DNA of 62,068 nucleotides, the filler included, from Basidiobolus ranarum (lineage: Eukaryota), in the NCBI GenBank assembly GCA_040143965.1. It is 15 parts of 15 records of this genome, joined end to end, with 100 filler letters (N's around TTAATTAATTAA, not from the genome) between each part and the next. Parts side by side here need not be neighbours in the genome. Positions count along the whole stretch, not along the records: positions 1 to 4,065 come from JASJQH010002134.1; positions 4,166 to 8,223 come from JASJQH010002135.1; positions 8,324 to 12,378 come from JASJQH010002136.1; positions 12,479 to 16,530 come from JASJQH010002137.1; 11 more parts are not named here. One strand, written 5' to 3'. A program made the translations under genes and the position numbers. The notes beneath the pieces are model-generated. The model made no database searches and was not told the origin of the DNA. It saw nothing but the letters and a program-made list of their open reading frames with translations. This document shows, piece by piece, positions 1 through 12,611 of this stretch (its first letter is position 1; each line of letters opens with the position of its first letter).

Positions 1-77
1 CCCTCGCCGCGGGCCACCCAACCAGCCGTGTCGCCCACCCCCCCCCCCCCTCCACCCGGGGCGCGCCCAAAGAGAAG

Positions 78-85
78 TATTTAAA
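78..85 (+). promoter_or_regulatory. TATA-like box upstream of secreted-protein gene
   Basis: TATTTAAA 40 bp upstream of ATG at 125. Confidence 0.4.
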
Positions 86-124
86 GCACGTCTTTCCACC
101 TTACTCGAAGTATACAATACTACA

Positions 125-595
125 ATGTTCATCTCTTGGAAATTCCTTTCGATCCTCAGTTGGTTAGTCATTCTTACTTTCCAAGCATGCATAGCCGAGC
201 CACCACAAATCACTGATGCCCTTTTGAATGTCAAGACATCGGGGAAAACCTTCAGGCCCGGAGCTAGCGTGGATATCACCTGGGCCTTCAATAAGAAATA
301 CGCCAAGACAATCAAATCAATCGAAGTTTGGCTTGGTCACTCCACTGGGATGGGCCATGCTCCTACCCAAGCGATAAAGAAGAGTATCAACCCAGCCAGC
401 GGTCGTGCCAGGATTGTTATCCCTAACGTTGTAAGTAATAGAAACACATAAGTAAAGTCATCAACATTCTTCTAAAGTAACCGTTACATCCGATAGAAAC
501 CTAGTACTCATGGAAACATTTGGTTCCTTGATCTTGTCTGGAATAATAAGGGAAGCATTACTGAGCTTAACTTGATACCAATCACAATTCAATGA
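125..595 (+). CDS. Small secreted protein (134 aa), probable Kre9/Knh1-N-like Ig-fold domain; 2 exons (125-430, 497-595)
   Basis: Hydrophobic signal peptide; GTAAGT donor at 431 and TAG acceptor at 496 join in frame to KPSTHGNIWFLDLVW...ITIQ*; pattern G-x-x-V-x-I-T-W...I-E-V-W-L...I-P typical of this family. Confidence 0.7.
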
Positions 596-825
596 GGGAA
601 TTTCGAATCAAGAAATCACCTACCATTTGCTTTTAGCTTGTAAGTCATACTTGATATCATGTATCTCAGTAATTCAATCAATTCCCTAGATTCCACTGCT
701 TTTTGCTGACCCTCATATTTCATGAATTCTCATTTGCTTTCATTCATTTTTATCCCATCCTATTCGAATGTTGTATCTTGCTTAACTTCCCACTGGAATC
801 TTTCAATATTAAACTTGGTTCAAAA

Positions 826-1173
826 TGTTGAAGTATTTTGGGTGTTTATTGGAAGTGGTTTGGAGAACTAGAGGAGTTGGTAATTTTCATTCATTGACTT
901 ATTGAGTTGACAGTTATAGTAAAGTAAGCAAGCATTTCAAGTCAACATTTATGGCTAGGTAAACAAACAAACATGTAATATGTGTCAAGGAAGGTCCCAG
1001 GAACTTTTGTGCAGAGTTTGGGGTCTCTGAGACAAGATCAAAAAATTTTTATATCTGAGAACTTCCAAGTAAATTTCAACTGAGAATAGCGAGTGCTACC
1101 TGAGTGAAATATGGAATGACCAAGGACTAAGCTATATATAACTATAAAAGTTTAGGCTATGTCAACCTCAATA
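826..1173 (-). mobile_element. Copia family-1 3' LTR (~348 bp) with PPT at 1174-1185
   Basis: Reverse-complement match to LTR at 11055-11400; followed by ctctcccgcaactaaatagtca (rc of PPT and pol end). Confidence 0.85.
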
Positions 1174-1236
1174 CTCTCCCGCAACTAAATAGTCATACCA
1201 ACTAGTTCTAAGGAAGGTCTAAATATCTCAAATTTC

Positions 1237-1585
1237 TGTTATAGTATTTTAGAAGCCTGTTAGAAGTGATTTGGAGAATTAGACAATTTGGTGGCTTTCA
1301 CTTGTTCATTTATTGAGTATTCAGTTGACATTTATAGGTTTGTCAAGATGTAAGCAAACTAACATCTAGAATGTGTTAAGAAAGGTCACAGAAGTATATG
1401 TGCAATATTTGGGGCTTCTAGCATTGGTTTGAAAAATCTTTATATCTGAGAACTTCTATTATGGTAAAAATATTGTAAGTAAATTCCAATTGAGAATCAT
1501 GGGTAATATCTTGGTGAAATATAGGACAACCAAGTACAAAGCTATTTATGACTATATATGTATTTTGGCAATGCTAATATCAACA
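1237..1585 (-). mobile_element. Copia family-1 3' LTR (349 bp) with PPT, abutting the pol end of the previous copy
   Basis: TG...CA ends, same LTR family, followed by ctctccctcaactaaatagtca. Confidence 0.85.
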
Positions 1586-1634
1586 CTCTCCCTCAACTAA
1601 ATAGTCATGTACATTAATCTTAAGGAAGTTAGAG

Positions 1635-2395
1635 TCAAACCTAAAAAAGCAATATTTCTGACATAAGCATAAAGAAAAACAGCTAAGCCAGTTTTTTTAA
1701 GCAAAATTGTTATTTAGCAGTTTAAATTAGCAATATCTTGGAATCTAGCAAATGATAAGAGCTGAAAATATGCACATGTAGTGATTATCAAACTGTACTG
1801 ATGTGTGCAAAATTTGAAAGCCATTTTATCACTGATTCATTATTTTTAAGCCACCTTTGATTAGTACTCAATATCTATTTGCTAAAAAGCAATTAAGCTT
1901 TCATATACATACCAATTCTTCCTTTATTGACTCATGACAACTTCTTTCCAACAGATTTCAAAATACATTTTGCTTTCCCCTCCAAAACTTCCCTTCCTTG
2001 AGCATCAAGTTATTCTTCTTGGCTGAACAGAAAGATAATAAAGACTTATTGCAACTTTGTGATTGTATTTGAAGCTGTCAAAGTATTGAAAAACCAAATA
2101 TCTTAGAGGTCTCTTTTGTTACACACTGAGAATATATTTCTTTTGTCAAAATCATTCCATATAGTCTCAAAGAAGTTATTATGCTATTCTTCAAGTTCAC
2201 ATCATTGATTCAAAGACAGCACAAAGATAGCTAAGAATATAATAAAGGTTATTTTCAAACACTTCCATCATATCCATCCATTTCTTTAGCCTAAAGGCAC
2301 ACTTTGAAATTGTCTTTGATAGTTTTTTCTCATGAAGGGTATATCTTCTATTAATATCTTTAAGCCTCCAAGTATAAATTCAATTTGGCTAAGAT
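1635..2395. repeat. Unclassified CpG-depleted sequence, probably a decayed transposon
   Basis: Sits between copia fragments; no CG seen by eye; broken minus-strand reading frame with no recognisable motif. Confidence 0.35.
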
Positions 2396-2730
2396 TTGTA
2401 GTGGAATATTACACATATCTCTTAGAAATATGATAACATACACCCATTCCACACTACATTGTGAGATTTCTAGTTAATTTGTTACAACCTTGATTGTCTT
2501 GAGATATTATATTGGGTATATTTTGAGAATAGCCCAAATTTGTAAAGTGATTTTCAACCATATTGCTTCTTTTGTTGCTTCACAAGCATCAATGTTCTGC
2601 TTCTGTTATTGAAAGTGCTATGGTTGGTTGTTTCTTTGACTTCCAAAAGATAGCTCCATTACAGCATAGAAATTAGTATCCTAATCTAGCTCTCCTGTAT
2701 TCTATATCTCCTCCCCAATTTGCATCTATA
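2396..2730 (-). mobile_element. Copia RNase H remnant
   Basis: rc matches the SKKQPT..LS.TEAE..ACEATKEAIWL block also seen at 10670-10760. Confidence 0.8.
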
Positions 2731-2733
2731 CAT

Positions 2734-3082
2734 TGTTGGAACTAACTTTGCCTTAACACCTATATAATCATATATTGCTTGGTACTTAGTTATCTCATAT
2801 TTCCATCATATATTACCCATTATTGTCATTTGGAATTTACTAAAAATATTTCTTACCAACTTAAAAGTTCTCAGATATAGAGATTTTTCAAACTTGTGCT
2901 AGAAGCCCCAACTTTGCACACATGTTTCTGGGACCATCCATAACACATTCTACATGTTATTTTGTTTACATCTTAGCAAAACTATAAATGTCAACTTTGA
3001 ACTCAATCAGTCAATAAGTGAAAAACCACCAATTTCTCTAATTCTTGAAACCACTTCAAACTGGCTCTCAAATAATTTAACA
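2734..3082 (+). mobile_element. Copia family-1 5' LTR (349 bp)
   Basis: TGTTGG...TTTAACA, directly followed by PBS and gag. Confidence 0.9.
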
Positions 3083-3094
3083 GGTTATGAGCCC
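3083..3094 (+). promoter_or_regulatory. Primer-binding site complementary to the anticodon arm of tRNAiMet (Ty5/copia type)
   Basis: GGTTATGAGCCC immediately after LTR CA end. Confidence 0.85.
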
Positions 3095-3857
3095 CAAGCT
3101 TGCACTCTCTGTAATGTGCACCTCTCAAATTTTCAGAACTTTTCCCTCTTCTGGAAAAATAAAAGGAACCAGACATCAAGTTTGGAGAATTAAAATGAAT
3201 ATGTGGCTGCAAGAGAAAGGACTATGGGATACTGTTGATGGAGAGGAAAATAATGCAAAATTATCTGAAACCAAAGCATTACTCTAGGTTAAAAAAGAAC
3301 AAAGTGCCTTTAACACAATTTGTCTTGATGTTAACAACAAATTGCTGAATCAATGTTCAAGAGCTAAGACTGCCAAGAAGGTATGGAAAGCCTTGGAAGA
3401 CACCTACCCAACATGTTCTGCTGCTAACAAGATATGTCTAATAAGACAGTTCTCTAACTTAAAGATGAAGTCAGGAGAAGACATTAAATCACTAATTATT
3501 AGAGTTACTATTTTGGTGGATGATATGCAATGCATTGGAGTTAATACTATAGATCAAGATATAATAGTTACAATCCTGAATAGCCTGCCACATGAGTTTC
3601 AGTGCCTAGTAATGGCTTTGAAATCAAGAACTGAAAATTTGGCCATGAATTATGTATTAGGCAGACTTCTGGATGAAGATTTACACCAATTAGGATCCAA
3701 CCAAATCAATGAATAAAATCATTTAATAGGCTATGGGAAACCTTCCTATAAAGATCAAATGCACTTCAAGAAGAAAGTAACACATTCTGTGAGTACTGTA
3801 CAAGAACTGGCCATTTATGCAAAGATTGGTTTAAAAGAATTGCAAAAGAAAAGAAAC
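3087..3857 (+). pseudogene. Copia gag remnant (DUF4219/UBN2-like plus CCHC zinc knuckle)
   Basis: W..KM...LQEKGLWD.V, KTAKKVWKALE..Y, ILNSLP.EF, CEYCTRTGHLCKDW; stops and frameshifts. Confidence 0.85.
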
Positions 3858-4065
3858 TGTTGAAATTAGTATTGCCTAAACTGTTGAAGTATTTGAGAGC
3901 CTGTTGGAAGTGGTTTGGAGAATTAGAGGAATTGGTGGTCTTCACTTGTTGATTAATTGAGTTCAAAGTTGACATGTATCATTTTGTCAAGATGTAAGCA
4001 ATCTAACATGTAGAATGTGTTAAGGAAGGCCCCAGGAACATGTGTGCAAAGTTTGAGGCTTCTAG
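3858..4065. mobile_element. Nested LTRs: 24-bp start of a + strand LTR (3858-3881) interrupted by a - strand LTR (3882->4065)
   Basis: TGTTGAAATTAGTATTGCCTAAAC then TGTTGAAGTATTTGAGAGCC (rc of LTR 3' end). Confidence 0.8.
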
Positions 4066-4165
4066 NNNNNNNNNNNNNNNNNNNNNNNNNNNNNNNNNNN
4101 NNNNNNNNNTTAATTAATTAANNNNNNNNNNNNNNNNNNNNNNNNNNNNNNNNNNNNNNNNNNNN
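4066..4165. other. Artificial contig spacer (first of 14)
   Basis: 44 N + TTAATTAATTAA + 44 N; also at 8224, 12379, 16531, 20683, 24834, 28977, 33120, 37260, 41399, 45538, 49674, 53807, 57939. Confidence 0.99.
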
Positions 4166-4905
<740 letters not shown>

Positions 4906-5563
4906 CTAATCCTCCATCATTCTTTCATAAAAAATGGCAAATGCTCGAGAGGCTTAGCCGATGGAGTGACTAATGATCTCATCATTTTACTATATCATTA
5001 GACCTACATCCACTTACCAGGCAAGAGGTCACATTCGCTATCAGAACTAGGACATGTACATAGGATTTACTCACCTCTGATTGACCGAGGTCACTATGGC
5101 CAATGGTTCTTTTAGACATGGTAATCTCATCCCGAGTTGGTACAAAGATACCACCAGAAGTTACCGCGCATCAGGTGATTTTAGGAATATTAATTTTAAT
5201 GTTGAATAATCAAAGTAGGAAAGAAAAGTAGGTGGTAAAGAAACAATGATTTCGCGAGAGAAGTTTCACTCAAGGAAGATTGTTTCTAACTGGTAGAGAA
5301 TGACATCGTAAAACTGAAGTTCTTTTAGGCTGTATTAACCTCGATAAAGCAAGTTCATCTGTCAACTATAAAAGAACAGTGAGGAGTGAACGAATAATAA
5401 GAAGCGGAATGCGATGTTTTGATCAAATTACAATAGTGAAAGCATGATGGTATATTATGAAAGAAAATGTGCGCAGCCGTAAAAAAGTTGTGTGAAAGAA
5501 AGCAGAGAAGTATGCAATACATTATCAGCTATTTTTTTAGAGAAATCTCGCTTGGGTGTCAAA

Positions 5564-7737
5564 TTAAAGACCAGTTTCCTTTTTGACTGCCTCAAATACC
5601 TTCAACATTTTGCGTCGAGCACCGAGAGCAGCGACTCCCTTGTTAGTCAACTCTTCATCAGAGAGTTGAATGATATCCTGCCATACCATTCCTTCGAATA
5701 TGGTAGTGTATTTATGAAGACGGAGGCTACGGAGCCAGGCGGGTATATCTAAATTGAATGTTTTAGCACCTACTCAAAAATGAAGTATAAATATATAGGT
5801 TTACCTTTCAATATTTCAAGATCTACAACCTCAGCGCCTTTATTTTTGTTGGCGTTATTACCGCGTGGTTGTCCATTTCTGCTGTCTCCTTGATGAGCAC
5901 CATTTCTATGATGATCCCGTTTCTCACCACCATGGTAACCATCATCCAAACCTGCGCTACCTGCACCTTGCATCATAGCAATATACTGCTTGGCGGCTTG
6001 AGGATTTTGACTCATAAGCCTTTTCATAGAATCCTGAGCCCAGTGAGGAATGAAGCCTGGAGGTATGGGTGAGCTTACACTGGAGCCTGGTCTCGATTGA
6101 TGCTGAGATGGGTATAATGGTGAAGGTAACGGTGATTGAAGGCGATTTCCATCCATATAGGCAGGGCTACGTAGGGAATCTTCGCCATAGTATGAGTTTC
6201 GGTTCCTGGCAGAGCCAGGAGCTAAGCTGTTGGCAGAGCGTGGGAAGTTATCGCGCACAGGGTAATCTTCGGTTACTGCGATGGTGAGTCCAGCAGGATT
6301 GGCATTACGACGGGCGCTATTGCCAGTTGGGCTTTTAAGTCCATTATCGTATAATTTACGAGAAGCATTGGCTTCGTTGATTCTAAGTTGGTTAAGATGA
6401 AGACTATTGACATCAATATCCTCGCCCCGAGAGTTAGGACGATCAATACCGCGAGCAACCTGTTCAGCAAAAGTAGCAAGTGTAGGGGATAAAGGCATTC
6501 CCCAACTGTTGGCCATAGCTGAATAGTCCCCTATAGCAGATCCAGGGCGTTCATTGGTAATCTCCTTAGACCTCCAAGTTCCACTGAGAGCATCAACGCC
6601 ACAAAACGAACGAGGTCTTTGTCCAGAGCGGCCTACAGTACGACCAGTTCCGGTAGCTCCAAGATTTTGTGAAGCAAAGAACATATTTGAAGCGAACACA
6701 GAGGCAGGATCGGCCTCATGCTGAGAGCTAGGTCTACTTTTGTAGCCGTAAGATGATTGCGGTTTGTTCGACGAAAGATAAGCACTTCCACGATTACCAT
6801 TGCTAGTACCGTTTCTGTTGCCTTCATGACGTCCCTCTAGAATTGTCTGAGTTGCAAGTCGGGCATTAACACTTTCGCTATCCAAACTACTAAGAAATGA
6901 AGTCACTTCTTCAGGAATTCCAGCAGGTAAAGAATAACGATCATAAAGACGGCGGGAGCGATTGTTACCACTATTAGTAGGAGTAGCAGCACCAATTGAA
7001 ATACCAGGAATCGGTGGCGTGCCATTACTGTGATTGTTGTTTTCACCGACCTGCGGTGTTCGCTTCAGAGTGTCTTCCACTAATTGCACAGATATAAGTA
7101 TATTACAAATGAAAAATATTATCTGATAAAGCTCAACTAATTACCCTTTGATATTTGCTCCTTCGACAAAATTCCATTGAGAGGGTCATTTTTGGCCATC
7201 TGCAATAAAACTGTAATGAAGAAACGGACTTGAACTGGGCTAGACTGCTGAAGTAAACTAAAGAGAGAAGCGGTTCGCTCGGAATTAGAAAGAGCTTTGA
7301 ACCACTGCTGAACAGCATCTAGCTCGTCTTTGAAATTCTGATCGAGACTAGTAGTAGTCATCTCTTCTAAAGTCTTCTCATACTGAGAAAGATTCTTAGT
7401 CCAAGCATCTAACCGACAGACAGGTTTAAATTAAAATCTAATAGATGATGAAAAAAACCAAGTTATGATAGATACCTTCCGCAGGTAGAGGGATTCCTGT
7501 AGTAAGAATCTCTGATACTGGTCTTCCACCGTGAGGTTTTCCATTGAGAGTTGGACTTTTCAAAGTTGACTGCTCCATATTTCCAGCTAAACCGTTATTA
7601 GTAGCACTCAAATTATTACTCTGATTCGAAATAGCTTTATTGCTAGCAATAGAGCTGGAACGGTCAGGGCTACTATTTTCAGAAGCTCTAGAGAATGAAA
7701 TGTTCTCCGAGAGTGGACGTTGTTGTGGGGCAGTCAT
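5564..7737 (-). CDS. VTS1: Vts1/Smaug-family SAM-domain RNA-binding protein; 4 exons (7737-7476, 7408-7145, 7079-5805, 5748-5564)
   Basis: YEKTLEEM...[17 protein letters not shown]...ERTA N-terminal block; C-terminal [17 protein letters not shown]...[11 protein letters not shown]; splice sites keep frame. Confidence 0.92.
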
Positions 7738-8324
7738 CTGTCTATCTCTAGGTCTGTATCCAATATACGGCTTTTGTCTTGCTATAGAGTTGTCAGTTAT
7801 GGACAGGAATAAACAATCTGATGTGTAGTTCAAGGTAAATTTTACGGCTCAGTATAAAGCAGAAACTATTAAAAAATATATAGTTAGTAGAACATCCTTC
7901 TGTGTTATTGCTTTCATCAGGTAAGAAAAGAAGATTGAAAGATAGTCTTCTCTAGTATACAATATTTTACTCAAGTTTGCTAGTCATATTCATGACCACA
8001 CAAAGGAGCCAAAGTTATAAAACTATTGAAAGAGTGGTACATACATAAGAACTTCGTTTGGTTTCTTGAAACGAGAAAGGCAAAGGAAACAAGAAAAAGA
8101 TAGCAAGAACTGCAAGTATTAGCTCGAAAGTTTCCACAACAGCGGGGGAAAAGCGAGGAAAGTTATGCACCCAAAAGCAGAAGGATGAGGGGTGGGGGAA
8201 GAGGGGCAGGATCGGGGATGGACNNNNNNNNNNNNNNNNNNNNNNNNNNNNNNNNNNNNNNNNNNNNTTAATTAATTAANNNNNNNNNNNNNNNNNNNNN
8301 NNNNNNNNNNNNNNNNNNNNNNNA

Positions 8325-8399
8325 ATAGTGCCAAATTGTGCCACATAAATTTTAGAATAATTTATCCAATATGATATATATAGCACAATCTGGCACTAT
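8325..8399. repeat. Imperfect inverted repeat (23-bp arms), possible MITE or TIR remnant
   Basis: atagtgccaaattgtgccacata ... tatatagcacaatctggcactat (20/23 complementary). Confidence 0.6.
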
Positions 8400-8404
8400 C
8401 ACAG

Positions 8405-11043
8405 AGACCAAGTCCATAATTTGAGCAAAATGATCAAAAATTGCATTGTTTCTGGATTGAATTAACCTCCTAACCAAAATGGAAATTGGTGAGGGTTATA
8501 TATATGGAAATCAAGTTAAGCAGCCATTCCAGAGCTCTGGTGTAATCAAATTTGTCAAAAAATTGGATCTAATTCATTCAGATCTGTCTGGACCAATGCA
8601 AAACTTATCTTTAGGTGTAAAAAGATATTTAAGCACATTTCTTGATGATCACACAAAATACACTTGGGTCTACTTTATGAAAAGAAAAGAATAAGCTCTC
8701 TCTATTTTAAGGACTTTAAAACACTTCTTGAGACCAAAACTGAAACTAAAATCAAGAAAATATTTACTGATAATAGTGGAGAAAATGCTTCAGCACTATT
8801 TAAGCACTTTTGCAAAGTTTACAGAATCAAGCAAGAATCCACTGCCCCCTACTTGCCTTAACAAAGTGGGGTTGCTGAAAGAGGTAACTGAACTATACTC
8901 AATATGGCAAGATCTATGATGAATACACAAAGTTTATCTCTTAAATTTTGGGTGGAATCTGTTGCTGCAGCTGTATATCAGATTAACATGAATTTTACCA
9001 GAAGTCTGTCTAACTCTACACCATTTCAAGCTTGGTTTGGAGTTACACCTGATGTAAAACATTTGAGAATCTTTGGATGCATTGCTTATGTCAATATATG
9101 ACAAAAAATTGGTCTAAATTTGATCCAAAAAGTAAGAAATGCATCTTTCTGGGTTATTGTACTCAAACTAAGGCCTACAGACTCTATGATACCAAAATTT
9201 CCAAGTTAGTCAAGTCCAGTGATGTTTTGTTTAATGAAAATGAAAAATGTTTGCCTAAAATAACCTCAAATGATGATCAAAAGCAATTTTCTTGTGTTCC
9301 TATCATTAAGATTGATTCCAACCAAAACAGTGATGAAAATAGCACTCCTGTGGACCCTTTAACCAAAGATTTTTCTACAAAAGGGCACAATACAATGCCA
9401 GAAGTTAAAGTACCCTTATCCATAACCAGGAGATCCAATTGTATCAGAAATAGCCCTGATTAGTATATTCACAAGTCCCAAAATTGGGCTTATGCCTGCA
9501 CAGCTCAAATACATGAGCCCCAGACTATAAAAGAGGCTCTGAATGACCCTCACACAAAATGTTGGAGATCTGCAATGGCTTACAAGTACCAGGCTTTGAT
9601 TAATAATCAAACTTGGATTTCAACATACTTACCTGATGATATAATATCAATTGCCTGCAGATGGGTGTTTAAAGTTAAATACAACTCTGATGGCCACATA
9701 GAAAGGCACAAGGCTATATAAGTATCCAAAGGCTATTCCCAAACTTTGGGAAAAGACTACATAGAAATTTTTGCTCCTATAGCAATCTTTAGTTCTATTA
9801 GAATGATTTGGGCAATTTCAGCTACATATCCATATATTTTACATCAATGGATGTTGCAACTGCTTTTTTGAGTGATGAGCTTGCTGAAGAGATCAATTTG
9901 GACAATCCAGACAGATTTATGAACCCAGAAAGCACTAAAAAAGTCTGCAGACTTAAAATGGAATAGCAAGATATACACTTTTTTGGAAGCACTTAAATTC
10001 CAAAAGAGTAATGCTGACCATGGACTTTGGGCCAGATAAGACAAACCAAGTTCTATTAGCCTTATATGTAGATGACCTTTTCATAGCAACCAATGACTTC
10101 AAGACTTTGGAGAAAACTAAATTTAGCTTCTCAGCTGGATTCAAAATGACTGATCTGGCTGAACTGACATACTATCTTGGAATCCAAGTAAAGATAGATA
10201 GAGATACCAAAACAATAGCTTTAAACCAGTCAAAGTATATCCTAGATATACTAAAGAAGTTTAAAATGGAACAAAGTAATTCAGAATCTATCCCAATGGA
10301 GACAAATCTGAACTTGGCCAAAAATGGCTCAAATCAGATGTCTTTGGATTCACATGAAAGCCAGATATTTTCTTATCAATCTATGGTTGGTAGTTTGATG
10401 TTCATTGTGGTTGAAACAAGGCCAGATATTGCATATTCTGTGGGAGTTATGTACCAATATCTTCAAAATTACAGATTGGATCAATTCATAGCAGTTAGTG
10501 GATGTTCAGATATTTGAAAGGCACTGTGAATCTGTGCCTAAAATACATACATTCTGGATCTAACCTTGATCTGATGGGGTATTCACATGTAAATTGGGGA
10601 AGAGATATTCAAGACTGGAGATCTACAACAGGATACATATTTCTTTGCTGTAATTAAGCTATTTCTTGTAATTCAAAAAACAACCTACCACAGCACTTTC
10701 AACAACAGAAGCAGAATACATGGCTGCCTGTGAAGCAACTAAAGAAGCAATATGGTTAAGAAAACTCTTAACAGATCTAGGTTATTTTCAAAATTCACAA
10801 ATTACATTATTTCAAGATAATCAAAGTTGTATCAAATTAGCTGAAAACACCATGTATCATAATAGAAGCAAACATAAAGATATTAAGCATTACTTCATTA
10901 GAGATACTATAGAGAAGAAGTGTATTGACTCTACTTATTGTTCTGCAGAAGATATGATTACTGATATATTAACAAAACTATTGGCTAGACAGAAATTTGA
11001 GAAATTTAGACCTGTTTTGGGATTAGTCAATGTGACTATTTAG
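8405..11043 (+). mobile_element. Copia family-1 pol remnant (GAG-pre-integrase, integrase, RT, RNase H)
   Basis: IHSDLSGP, FLDDHTKYTWVY, TDNSGE, SKKCIFLGY, LYVDD, TRPDIAYSV, STTEAEYMA, RSKHKDIKHYFIRD in IN-RT-RH order; many stops and frameshifts. Confidence 0.95.
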
Positions 11044-11054
11044 TTGAAAGAGAG

Positions 11055-11400
11055 TGTTGAATTAGCATTGCCTAAACACTTATATGGTCATATATAGCTT
11101 AGTACTTGTTATCTTGGAACTCACCAAGAAATTGTCATTCATTATTCATTGGAATTTACTTAGAATATTGATACCAACTTCAAAGTTCTCAGATATATAG
11201 ATTTTTCCAACTTGTGCTAGAAGCCCCAAACTTTCCACACTTGTTCCTGGGACCTTCTTTAACACATTCTACACATTAGTTTGTTTATATCTTGACAAAA
11301 GTATTAATGTCAACTTTCTGCTCAATAAATCAATAAGTGAAAACCACCAATTCCTCTAATTCTCCCAAGCACCTTCAACAGGCTCTCAAATACTTTAACA
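11055..11400 (+). mobile_element. Copia family-1 3' LTR (346 bp), PPT at 11043-11054
   Basis: gttgaaagagag PPT, TGTTGAA...TTTAACA termini. Confidence 0.92.
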
Positions 11401-12378
11401 GTAGAAGCCTGAACTTAGGCACATATCCCTAACAAAAATAAGTTGATTTGATCTGGATCAGATCCACCCTTGTGGATTGCAAAACTGTCAGAGAACCATC
11501 ACAATATTAGTGGCTTGCATTGTGGCAGGTATTTTGATGATAAGATGGTGGCTTCTTGATGGTATTTCAATGGTATTCATACATTGTTAAATATTGATCC
11601 TCATATTTGGCATGTGTCATTTAATTACCAACATTATTTGCAAAAAACTAATCTTTAAGTGCAAATAACTGGGTTTACTGATGTAGGAATTAGAATAATT
11701 ATGCATGCCTTTATTTATATATTTTAGGCTTTGTATTCCAGCCATAATGAGAATCAAAAATACTAGAATCTTGTTGTGTTTAGTGCTTACATATATATGT
11801 ATTTGACTGCTCAGATGTAACTAAACAACATCAATATGCTTTACCAGCAATTTAATGGTGGAAAAATTGATAAACATCCAAAGTTTTTAATAGCACTGAT
11901 ACTTGCCAAATAGCTGACTGTTGTTACCATTGACAATGAGAATAAGTTCTTGGATTTTGGCAACTTTCCCTAAAGTATTCAGCCAAAACAATGCAAACTT
12001 GCAGTCAACAAATCTCCAGCCACAAGTAGATGTGTCATTGCTCAAATAGATTATCTCATGGCTAAAACAATAATAATGGGTAACTCAATCCATTTCAACT
12101 AGAAATCTATCTTGCAGCTTTCCTTCCAATACAGTCAGATTATCGCACACACCAATTATTCTATGTTATAGAGGTACTTACTCTGTGTCCATAGATTGGG
12201 CTTTGTTACAGTTATAATGCTCAAACAATGCAAATCCCAGGATTGCATTGAAAGGAAGCATTTGTTAAAGGTCAATATACTCTGAAGTCTCCTTAACCCA
12301 TTGTATTATATCCATCATTGATTTTGCTGATACATTGTTAATCAGAGTAGCATACAGTTAAGCTGACAATGTCACACA
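11401..12378 (-). mobile_element. CACTA/EnSpm-like element remnant (transposase C-terminal region)
   Basis: Colinear with 26700-27770 and 29516-30250. Confidence 0.6.
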
Positions 12379-12611
12379 NNNNNNNNNNNNNNNNNNNNNN
12401 NNNNNNNNNNNNNNNNNNNNNNTTAATTAATTAANNNNNNNNNNNNNNNNNNNNNNNNNNNNNNNNNNNNNNNNNNNNAAAATTATCGTTGGATTTTACA
12501 ATAGGTGTCTATTGAAATTTTTAATAAATATTTTGTTGTGATCCAAAATTGGCATATTAAATACAATAATGAATTCGCAATTTAATAGAGTATATATATT
12601 TAACTCGATGT

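Noticed and set aside
1-70. GC-rich poly-C stretch as a G-quadruplex or regulatory element
   Set aside because: At a contig end, atypical composition, likely low-quality sequence; cannot be evaluated
4110-4121. Regularly spaced TTAATTAATTAA as a biological repeat or CRISPR-like array
   Set aside because: Embedded in fixed N runs; artificial stop-codon linker
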